Positions 23,172 through 31,368 of a DNA stretch of 36,189 bases are shown in pieces. Each line of letters begins with the position of its first letter. Position 1 is the first letter of the stretch. The stretch covers positions 1 through 36,189 of the forward strand of contig CAZRHM010000001.1 in assembly GCA_964599845.1 (NCBI GenBank), read 5' to 3'. The DNA comes from an uncultured Candidatus Saccharibacteria bacterium. Lineage in GTDB: Bacteria > Patescibacteriota > Dojkabacteria > J137. Below the pieces are notes generated by a model that saw nothing but the letters and a program-made list of their open reading frames with translations, made no database searches and was not told the DNA's origin. The position numbers were made by a program, and so were the translations under genes.

Positions 23172-26071
23172 TCTTGTCTCCTAAAGCTCCAGTTTTTTGC
23201 ATCACAGTAGTTGAGCAGGTCGCAGTTTTTGCAGAGTTTCGCCGGACGCTCAGCTATCGTGAAGTCCTTTTCCTCAATGCGTGCCACTACTTCGTCAAAC
23301 GATGCAATAGTTCGTTCAATTGAGCGATCATTTTTCTCAAACGTGATATACGGGTTGCCTGATTCTTCGCCTGTATAGTACAGATGTGTCTTGCTTACCG
23401 CCAGTCCTGTACGCTCCTCGACGATGTGTGCGTAAACCTCAAGCTGGCGGCGATACTGGTTGAGCTTCTCACGATCTTTGGGGTCATTCACATCCAGTTT
23501 ATTCTCGGACTTAAAATCAATTAGCTCAACCGTGTCGCCTTCACCGGCGATCAGGTCAACCGTCCCGCGCAGGATGTACGTGTCTTTGACGAGTGATACA
23601 TCAACCTCTGCTTCCTGAATGTGCGACCAATCTTGCTTATGTGCCCAGTAGTAGCGGATAACGTGCTCCAATGCCTTATCTTTTACGAATGGCGCTAGAT
23701 AGACACGCTCTTTACGGGTGAGATAGGCATAGTTGGTGTCAAACCATGCAGCGACCTGATCCTCCGTCAGTTTATGTTCCTCACCCCGCAGTACCGTCTT
23801 ATGAATGTCCTCAATCGTCTGGTGAACCAGTGTACCAAACAGGATCGGACTACGCCGAATTGCGGCGAACTCTAACTCACGATAAAAGCGATACTGCTCA
23901 GCACAGTTTTCAAACACCGTGATGTGGGAGGTGAAGGAGTATTCCCGCTTGAGGTTGACATCTTTTACCTGTTCCAACTCAATGCGACTCAGGTTGACTG
24001 ACGGATCATACCAGTAGGGAAGTTTATCATAATAGCTTCGGAAATAACTGGATGGGCGTTGCCAGCGCCCTTGTCGCACCTCACTTGTTGATAACACCAG
24101 TAGGTTCTGGGCACGAGAATATGCTGTGTAATACAAACGCCGGAAGTCGTAGTATTTTGTCTGCTCTAGCGGCTCGAATGCCGCGCGAGAGAGGTATCCG
24201 CGCTCCAAGATTTCATCGAGATCGGTGTACTGCTTTCGCGGTGAGGTATATAGTGACCCTACGATCACCACCGGAAACTCCATTCCCTTCGACTGGTGGA
24301 TCGTCAAAAATGAGACATGCCCGCTCGGTGCATACTCCCCATCATCCTCATATTCGTTGATGCCGCCATCGTACAGAAAGCGCAGGAAGCGATTGAACAG
24401 GTCGCGCAGATTCTTCTCCAGAAAAACTGGGTTCAGGACCGTGATATTATGCAAATACTCGAACTTGTTGAGCATCTGAGAGAGTAGGCCGAGGTTACGC
24501 ATCGGGCGGCTGTTCATCAACCCGTCCCGCAAATATTCCTCATTGAGGTAGCGACTGAACAGTGGGAACTGGAGGAGTTGGTAGAACAATCCAGTAAAGC
24601 CATAGTCAGTGTTCTCTGCAAGCGTGACGTGTCGTGTGGCAATATTCCGTGCCCATCGCAGCAGAGAGGCGTTTTCAGGTTTACGCAACTCAGCGGCGAA
24701 TAAGCGAACGCATTCATTGTCATAGTAGTTCCAGATGTCCAGATGAGCATCATCTGACCACTTCCGCACCTGCGGGAATTGCGGGAACAGAAAAATCAAC
24801 GCGCCGAGCATCAAGCGGATTTCTTCGCGGCTGAAGAACTGGTTTGAGCGTGGCGAATACACCGGGATGCCATTCTCTTCAAGAAACTCTGCTAACCCAG
24901 TGACCCGCTCTTGCTTTACCGACCTGAAAAGAAAGGCAACCTGATTCCAATCTGTCAGATTGCCTCGGTCACGCAGGGCATGGAGAAATGCCAGAACTTG
25001 TTCATGCCAACCATCGATTGTTTCAGCTCCAACACGAACAATCGCTGGCGCATTCGGGAACGTCTTCTCCTGCGGGCGGATAGTCTTGGCATAGCGAAAA
25101 GTCTGGCCGTTATGTGTCCAGCGTTGGTCATCCATCCACTGGTTATAGAAGTCAATGATTTCAGGGTGGGATCGATAGTTCGTTTCCAAGGATACCTGCT
25201 TGCATTCAGCGAAGTTATCCCGAAATTGGAGAATATTGCGGATCGTGGCTCCACGAAAACGGTATAAGCCTTGGTCGTCATCTCCGACCACACACAGATT
25301 TGGGTTATCATTTCCTACGAGGGTTCTAAGCAGCAATTCTTGGATTGTATTGGTGTCCTGATATTCATCGACCATAACGTGGGAAATGCGTGATCGGAGT
25401 TCTTCCAGTATGTGAGGGTAGTTCTGGAGTAGCCTCAAAGCTTCTAGTTGGATCGAAGAAAAATCCAGTGCGTTTGCTTCAGTCAGCAACTCCTGGTAAC
25501 GTTGAGCACAGCGTCCCAGGGAACGCACTTCTGCATCTGATGCAGATAGCAGGTCAGTCGGGTTGAGCGCCTCTTCACTTACCACATTCACCCACTTAGC
25601 GATGTCCTGTGTACGTTGCCAGTTATTCAACGTTGCTGACAGCAAATCAATATCTTCAAGGTCATCGAACTCACTCAAATTTTGGTATATGAAATACTGC
25701 TGATCAAATTGATCCATCATCATGAAATTGCGCTTAAGGCGAGTAAATTCACGATGCTCCTGTAACCAGCGCAAACAGATCGAGTGAAACGTGCCGAGAT
25801 ACATCTCATTCAAGTTGAGACGGATACCTATTTCATTCATGCGGTTTGAAACACGAGTAGTCAGCTCAGCCGCCGCCTTGTCGGTGAAGGTAACGACCAT
25901 AAGTTGTTCTGGTGACAGGTTTTGACTCGTCACCAGATAGATGATCCGCTCCACAAGTGTGAAAGTTTTTCCCGAACCGGGTCCGGCGATGATTAGCATC
26001 GGGCCGTCGCTGGTGATGATAGCTTCTCGTTGCTGCGGATTCGCCCTATCAGAAATAATAGTGGTCGTCAT
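23168..26071 (-). CDS. UvrD-family SF1 helicase fused to a C-terminal Cas4/RecB-like PD-(D/E)xK Fe-S nuclease (967 aa)
   Basis: Helicase motifs are 'IIAGPGSGKTFTLV', 'VMVDEYQDTNTIQ', 'VVGDDDQGLYRFRGA', 'LTIHQSKGMEFP' and 'LYYTAYSRAQ'. Nuclease motifs are 'FENCAEQY', 'VDLI...VELIDFKS', 'QLEVYAHIV' and 'CKNCDLLNYC'. Its stop overlaps the mod start (ATGA at 23168-23171). Confidence 0.85.
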   Translation of the reverse strand: MTTTIISDRANPQQREAIITSDGPMLIIAGPGSGKTFTLVERIIYLVTSQNLSPEQLMVVTFTDKAAAELTTRVSNRMNEIGIRLNLNEMYLGTFHSICLRWLQEHREFTRLKRNFMMMDQFDQQYFIYQNLSEFDDLEDIDLLSATLNNWQRTQDIAKWVNVVSEEALNPTDLLSASDAEVRSLGRCAQRYQELLTEANALDFSSIQLEALRLLQNYPHILEELRSRISHVMVDEYQDTNTIQELLLRTLVGNDNPNLCVVGDDDQGLYRFRGATIRNILQFRDNFAECKQVSLETNYRSHPEIIDFYNQWMDDQRWTHNGQTFRYAKTIRPQEKTFPNAPAIVRVGAETIDGWHEQVLAFLHALRDRGNLTDWNQVAFLFRSVKQERVTGLAEFLEENGIPVYSPRSNQFFSREEIRLMLGALIFLFPQFPQVRKWSDDAHLDIWNYYDNECVRLFAAELRKPENASLLRWARNIATRHVTLAENTDYGFTGLFYQLLQFPLFSRYLNEEYLRDGLMNSRPMRNLGLLSQMLNKFEYLHNITVLNPVFLEKNLRDLFNRFLRFLYDGGINEYEDDGEYAPSGHVSFLTIHQSKGMEFPVVIVGSLYTSPRKQYTDLDEILERGYLSRAAFEPLEQTKYYDFRRLYYTAYSRAQNLLVLSTSEVRQGRWQRPSSYFRSYYDKLPYWYDPSVNLSRIELEQVKDVNLKREYSFTSHITVFENCAEQYRFYRELEFAAIRRSPILFGTLVHQTIEDIHKTVLRGEEHKLTEDQVAAWFDTNYAYLTRKERVYLAPFVKDKALEHVIRYYWAHKQDWSHIQEAEVDVSLVKDTYILRGTVDLIAGEGDTVELIDFKSENKLDVNDPKDREKLNQYRRQLEVYAHIVEERTGLAVSKTHLYYTGEESGNPYITFEKNDRSIERTIASFDEVVARIEEKDFTIAERPAKLCKNCDLLNYCDAKNWSFRRQE

Positions 26072-26359
26072 GTAACGTTCCTAAATTACTCTTTGTGGCA
26101 TCGCTTGAAGAGCAGTTTTCAAATTATACCGAATGCTGCCACTGCTACGGTTTTCCCATAATTTATGTTACCGTCACGCTGATGTTCAAAATGGTTTAGG
26201 CTTACTATTTCAGACAATACAGTTGAAGGAAACTTTGAACAAACACAATGCATACCTTGCGAAAATCATCAGGCTACTTTACAACTATATCAGAGATCGC
26301 ATGGATGTACTTGCCTTCTATTCATCAACCAGTGTGGAGTTTTGACATCAGGGGCCTTT

Positions 26360-27256
26360 ATGCTCCACGTCTTTAAACTAGACAAAGCAAATGGGTTCGG
26401 AGACATCGAGGAGTTCTATCGAGATTTCACCCCAGTTCTCAGAGATGATTTGTACCGATCAGCAGTTTTCGACTTGCAAAACATTGAATTCCTAACCCTG
26501 GAAGCGTTGCTAGCCTTGATCTGTGCGAGCAAGTTATGGCGTGAAACAAAAGATGAACCAGTGGAATGGCAAACCAGCGATAAGGTTGCACAGTATCTCG
26601 AACGCGCTGATATACTTCATGTTCTAGCCGATGATATTCTTATCGCTGAACTCCCAGATACTCGATGGGATCGAGGTTCGAGTCTTTCATTAATGGAACT
26701 CCGCGAACTCGCGCCTTCTCCAGAGCAAAACAGTTACGATGTCGCTAGTGTCTTATCCGCAACATCTAAGCTACTGCTGGGGCGTGTCAGTACAAAGCAA
26801 CTTGGTAGTACCAGCACGCTAATGAGTGAGATTGCTCAAAATGTAACGCATAGCACATCTACTGGGTATGCGCTTATACAGTCCTATCAAATCGGAAAGA
26901 AGCATCGGGTTCACATTGGGGTGATTGATACTGGAATTGGGATAAAGGAATCACTATCGCCCAAGTATCCCAATCTGCCTCGTCCTTCTGATTACATTCG
27001 TCTTTCGTTGAAATCAGGTGTTACTTCTAAATTAGAGAGCGATGGCTTGGGATTGTATCAGGTAGAGAACATTGTCAGCAAAGATCGTGGTGCGCTGACC
27101 ATACGTTCTGGAACCGCAATGATCCAGTTCTGTAAGGATAGAATGTATCAGTGGGATGGGCTTGAAAACATACAAGGGACACAAGTCTATATAACCATGT
27201 GGGGACAGTATGAGAGCAAGCTCTGGAACTACCTCTTGCAATCTCCTGACAAATAG
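26360..27256 (+). CDS. GHKL-superfamily (histidine-kinase-like) ATPase, SpoIIAB/RsbW-like, with an N-terminal STAS-like region
   Basis: It has N-box 'SEIAQNVTHS', G1 'IGVIDTGIGIKE' and G2 'SDGLGLYQVENIV'. The N-terminal 'VFDLQNIEFLTLEALLALI' looks STAS-like. An alternative TTG start lies at 26342. Confidence 0.65.
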   Translation: MLHVFKLDKANGFGDIEEFYRDFTPVLRDDLYRSAVFDLQNIEFLTLEALLALICASKLWRETKDEPVEWQTSDKVAQYLERADILHVLADDILIAELPDTRWDRGSSLSLMELRELAPSPEQNSYDVASVLSATSKLLLGRVSTKQLGSTSTLMSEIAQNVTHSTSTGYALIQSYQIGKKHRVHIGVIDTGIGIKESLSPKYPNLPRPSDYIRLSLKSGVTSKLESDGLGLYQVENIVSKDRGALTIRSGTAMIQFCKDRMYQWDGLENIQGTQVYITMWGQYESKLWNYLLQSPDK

Positions 27257-27295
27257 CGTATACTACCCATAAGCAAAATCTGCTTAGAAGGCTAA

Positions 27296-27889
27296 ATGGA
27301 CACGCTATCTATTTCCGACTTAGCGCGGACTACCACCTCAACCCCATCTATTTTGGTGACACGCTTCACAGCGAAACGCTACTGGGAAGCTCTCGAGGCT
27401 CGTCTATGTACTTACAACCGCGAGGCAGTATTGCTGTTATCCTTTGAAGGGGTAGACGTGATGGATGCCTCTTTTGCAGATGAGGTGTTTGGTCGTCTCG
27501 CTGTCATGCGTGCTCGAAAGGAGTATCCATTTTGCTACATTATTTTAACGGATATGAGCCAAACATGTGAGGAGAATCTCGAGATGGCGCTCACGACACG
27601 GATTGAGCGGGAACCTAACGATAAGCCTCACCTACGAAACTGTGTGCTCATGAACATGAAGAGTAACAAGGTGGAGCTATGTGGCAAGTACGAAAATCAT
27701 ATACTTGAAACGTTCTCTCTATTGGCATCTAAACGGAGTCTATCGACCAGAGATGCGGCTGATTTACTAGATGTCAGCTTGAATGCAGCGAGTACACGCT
27801 TAAAGACTGTAGCTGATCTAGGACTTGCGAAGCGCGAAGAAGTGCGTGACACACAAGGCAAGCAGTATATCTATCATTCACTCATTTAG
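27296..27889 (+). CDS. STAS-like (DUF4325-type) domain protein with a C-terminal winged-HTH
   Basis: The DUF4325/STAS-like pattern is 'VLLLSFEGVDVMDASFADEVFGRL'. The HTH-like C-terminus is 'LSTRDAADLLDVSLNAASTRLKTVADLGLAKRE'. An 'agaagg' RBS lies upstream. Confidence 0.55.
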   Translation: MDTLSISDLARTTTSTPSILVTRFTAKRYWEALEARLCTYNREAVLLLSFEGVDVMDASFADEVFGRLAVMRARKEYPFCYIILTDMSQTCEENLEMALTTRIEREPNDKPHLRNCVLMNMKSNKVELCGKYENHILETFSLLASKRSLSTRDAADLLDVSLNAASTRLKTVADLGLAKREEVRDTQGKQYIYHSLI

Positions 27890-27928
27890 TTTTTTCTCAA
27901 TGAGTTAAGCAGTTTTCGCTGAGGGCAT

Positions 27929-30900
27929 ATGACGGACTATTTTGACTACTACCTACGTACAATTGTAGAACATTCAGTCGGACTGAAACTTGTCGGCGGT
28001 GGAACGGGCTTGGGTAAAACAAGTCGAATACCTCGCGTTGTTGCTGAAGCGCTGCAAGAGGAACGAAAGGGAATCTACGTTGCAAACCGTATCCAACTTC
28101 TAGAGGAAATGGCGAAGGCAACTGAACCAGGATTTGCTGTGATGCTGCCGCGAGACTTGGAGGCGGTCCGATCCACACTCATGGGGCCATCTAGATGGGC
28201 GTTTGACGAATTACTTCACAGCTCGGTTTTTTCGGCTAACGCAGAACATGTCGATCAGGCGAAACTGCGTCGTGCAGTTCAAACACTTGATGAGATTTTT
28301 CGAACCACTGATGCAAACTTCCTGTCCGGATGGCAAGAACAAACCGCGGATGACTTTTCACGCCAGATTCTGAAGGACGTTCGCAGTGTGATTCTTACTG
28401 CCAAAACCAAGTCAAAATCAGATCATAATTACCTGCTCAAGCACGAAATCGTTCAGCAGCTATTTCCATTCATTGCCTTTAAGCTGCACAAAGAGGCACG
28501 TCTACTGCTTGTCACACTGCACAAGCTATTTTACGGTTTTTTCGATGGGGAGAAGACAATCACAGCCGTCCATTTGAAAAACTATGTGATATTTACTGAT
28601 GAATTCGACTTCTTAGAAAATGACCTGATTCAACTTATTGCACGCTCCCGGCAAATTGAAGACCCGTTCCGATTTGTCGAGTTCTTCTACCGTGAAATGC
28701 AACGCCATAAAATGCAGCTCAAGAACTATCCAGTGTCAGGCTCTGAGGACATTACACGCCGTATCGAAAAGATACTACATGAGATAGAACTTCTTCATTC
28801 GGAGAACATCCGTTACCCTGATATTAATCAGTTCATCAGTACTGAAGAGCCAAACGATGCTGCAATTTTCCGTACAAGTCACACGGTCAGCTCGTCCCCG
28901 ATATATCTTTGTCACACTGAACGTGCGTTCAACATTGTGAGCGATCCAGCGAACTGTCCACATGAAGTATTCAGCGCCCGACGTTTGTTTACAGCTGTTT
29001 CAGCGGTGAGTGAGCAGATTCTCACATTACTGAAGGAATTAGAGGCTGAGGATCCAGAGACACATCAAGGTCTAATCGCAGATTGCTATCGAAACACCAT
29101 CTTCCCCCCTCAGATTCAGCAAGTATCTCAGTTCCCACGTCGTCGACCACCGCAGACAAGCCGATTGGGAGCTTTGCTCGATGCAGGGTACAGCATGTAT
29201 GACATCCACTATATCGCAAAGGCTACGGATCCAGAAGAAGTGGAGTTAAGAAATTACGCCATTTATACCACTCCCGAAAAATTCATCAGCACACTCGCTG
29301 AGAAAAACCTTGTCTTTGCACTGTCTGCAACAGCTGATATTCACCGATGTGTCAATCACTTTGACCTGCGTTGGTTAGGGGCAAAAGATGGCATCAACTT
29401 ACTGCTGCCCGACACCTATGACGAGCAGATTGTCGGCGAACTTAACGCCAAGAAATCGGATATTCGAAACAATCGGCTTGATGTAATTCGTCTCGAGGAA
29501 CTGGATAATCGGCTGCCGCTTGAAAAGCAAATACGGCGCTTCATCTCAACAGCATTCCAAATGGATGGATTCGGACAAGACACGAAAGAGGGACATCTCA
29601 AACGGCGTGTGGAGCGCTTTTTTGCCAGTCTGTTCATCGCAAGTGAAGGGGAACAATTGGTAGATGAAGTACAATCCCATCTCGTCTTTCTTAACACGTA
29701 CCGAGACATTGAGAATCTGTTCAAGAACGAGATGTTACGAAGCTCTCCTTTTTACGAAATTCGACCACTTCTAGATCGTAGACTATTCACTGGTTATGAA
29801 CTTGACTTCAATGGACAGACATTCATTATAGTATTTTACAACGCGGAACAGGCAAAACGTATTCGGCAGACGGAGGATGCCGAAAAGGAATTCAATGCTC
29901 TGTTCCATGAGGGGTTACCTGTCATCGTCGTTACTCAATATCTCACAGCAGGTAACGGTGTAAATCTGCAATATAAACTTGCAGATGGTAGGGAGAGAGA
30001 TTTTCTAAATCTCTACCTGTTGGAAGTTCCTTATTTCTACTTTAGCGGCATTTCTAGTGATGACGTCGCTGAAGAAAAGGCAGCCAAACTGAAAGAAAAC
30101 CTCTGGTATCTGGCAAAACTTCATGCCTCTAAATTCCTTAGCGAGAACGAATTCCGAGCAAAACTCAGCACACTGCATAAACCTGCTGACTGGAATAATA
30201 CATATCAACATCATCCGCGGATGACCTTCGACTATCAGCTAAACACTGTCGCAGCACTCATACAAGCTCTGGGCCGCATTGAAAGAGTTTGGGAAACACT
30301 ACCAGACCAGACCGTCATCTTGTGTAGAGAAGCATTTCATGCTTTCCAACGCTTTCTCGACCCTGAATATGACGATGTTCGAGAAACACGCTCACCTATG
30401 ATTTCACCCAATCTTCGAGCACTGATGGAACGAGTGGAGGAACAAATCCCCGCACGTGAACGGGCAACGCGGCGAAAAAGTGATCCACGACTTGCAGAAC
30501 AAGATGAAGTTTGCAAGCAGAATATTATCCGAATGGTTGAACAGTTCAAGGATATTCGTACCGGCGATGACAAACGACGGCTTACTCGTATATGGCGCAG
30601 ATTGCGGGTTTCTGCACTTCGGCACGATTTTGCAGATGAACTACTCAATGACCTTTCAGCTGTATATACGTCACCGAATGTTCACAATGGTGAGGTGTAT
30701 TTGAGTCCACAACGCGAGTCACTACCAATCAATCATGAACAGCCGGACACAAGGTTCTGGCGATTAAATTCAGTTTACGATGTAGTGGGTGACAACCGCA
30801 TTGTCCGTGAGCATTTTGCGAGAAATGGTTATGAGCTAGATTTTGATATGGACGGGCAAAACTGTTTTGTGCCTTACTTCCATCAAGCCATATTATCCGG

Positions 30901-31366
30901 AGCTGTCGGGGAGGAAGCAATTACAGCGCTGTTGACTGAGCGTGGGATTCCCATCGTAGAACTTCCCACAGAGTTATTTGAGGTTGCTGACATCAAAGTT
31001 CAAACGATGCCCTGGTACATCGACTGTAAAAACTACTCAGACTCGACTATGGAACGATTCCTGCTCGGACCTGATGATGATGGTTTCTACCACAAGTTTT
31101 CTGGTACTTACTTCAAAAGACGCGCCATCGAAAAGTGGCAGTTGATCACAGAGTTTGAAGGTCGTTCAGGACATCTTATCTTTGTGAACACTACCACCAC
31201 CCAGGAACGCTTATTGCAGTATTTCCGTTGCGAGGGGTCGGAACTCGTGCCAGTTCACCACTTTCGACAGGCTCATGTTGTAATTGCTCCTGGCGCACTC
31301 ATCTCAGATCATCCCAATCAGTATCATCAATCATTTGTTCGTCTTCTGAATGACATGGAGAGCTAA
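27929..31366 (+). CDS. Large SF2 helicase (DinG/Rad3-like) fused to a C-terminal PD-(D/E)xK (restriction-endonuclease-fold) domain
   Basis: Helicase motifs are 'LVGGGTGLGKTSR' (motif I), 'VIFTDEFDFLE' (II), 'ALSATAD' (III), 'VTQYLTAGNGVNLQ...LYLLEVPYFYF' and 'LIQALGRIERV' (VI). The C-terminal 'GEEAI...EVADIKV...WYIDCKNY' fits an E...D...D-x-K nuclease core. Confidence 0.65.
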   Translation: MTDYFDYYLRTIVEHSVGLKLVGGGTGLGKTSRIPRVVAEALQEERKGIYVANRIQLLEEMAKATEPGFAVMLPRDLEAVRSTLMGPSRWAFDELLHSSVFSANAEHVDQAKLRRAVQTLDEIFRTTDANFLSGWQEQTADDFSRQILKDVRSVILTAKTKSKSDHNYLLKHEIVQQLFPFIAFKLHKEARLLLVTLHKLFYGFFDGEKTITAVHLKNYVIFTDEFDFLENDLIQLIARSRQIEDPFRFVEFFYREMQRHKMQLKNYPVSGSEDITRRIEKILHEIELLHSENIRYPDINQFISTEEPNDAAIFRTSHTVSSSPIYLCHTERAFNIVSDPANCPHEVFSARRLFTAVSAVSEQILTLLKELEAEDPETHQGLIADCYRNTIFPPQIQQVSQFPRRRPPQTSRLGALLDAGYSMYDIHYIAKATDPEEVELRNYAIYTTPEKFISTLAEKNLVFALSATADIHRCVNHFDLRWLGAKDGINLLLPDTYDEQIVGELNAKKSDIRNNRLDVIRLEELDNRLPLEKQIRRFISTAFQMDGFGQDTKEGHLKRRVERFFASLFIASEGEQLVDEVQSHLVFLNTYRDIENLFKNEMLRSSPFYEIRPLLDRRLFTGYELDFNGQTFIIVFYNAEQAKRIRQTEDAEKEFNALFHEGLPVIVVTQYLTAGNGVNLQYKLADGRERDFLNLYLLEVPYFYFSGISSDDVAEEKAAKLKENLWYLAKLHASKFLSENEFRAKLSTLHKPADWNNTYQHHPRMTFDYQLNTVAALIQALGRIERVWETLPDQTVILCREAFHAFQRFLDPEYDDVRETRSPMISPNLRALMERVEEQIPARERATRRKSDPRLAEQDEVCKQNIIRMVEQFKDIRTGDDKRRLTRIWRRLRVSALRHDFADELLNDLSAVYTSPNVHNGEVYLSPQRESLPINHEQPDTRFWRLNSVYDVVGDNRIVREHFARNGYELDFDMDGQNCFVPYFHQAILSGAVGEEAITALLTERGIPIVELPTELFEVADIKVQTMPWYIDCKNYSDSTMERFLLGPDDDGFYHKFSGTYFKRRAIEKWQLITEFEGRSGHLIFVNTTTTQERLLQYFRCEGSELVPVHHFRQAHVVIAPGALISDHPNQYHQSFVRLLNDMES

Positions 31367-31368
31367 AC

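Noticed and set aside
26133-26345. 70-aa + strand ORF in the divergent intergenic region between the helicase-nuclease and GHKL genes
   Set aside because: It has no RBS and no recognisable motif, and it occupies the likely promoter region. The region is probably non-coding, although a small regulatory peptide cannot be excluded.
26675-26684. 'ggttcgagtc' resembling a tRNA T-arm
   Set aside because: It lies inside the GHKL ATPase reading frame, and no acceptor, D or anticodon arms can be built around it. No tRNA was found at either island border.
27270-27286. Hairpin 'taagca-aaatc-tgctta' between the GHKL and STAS-like genes as a terminator
   Set aside because: It has no downstream T-run and abuts the RBS of the next gene, so it is more likely an intra-operon structure or coincidence.
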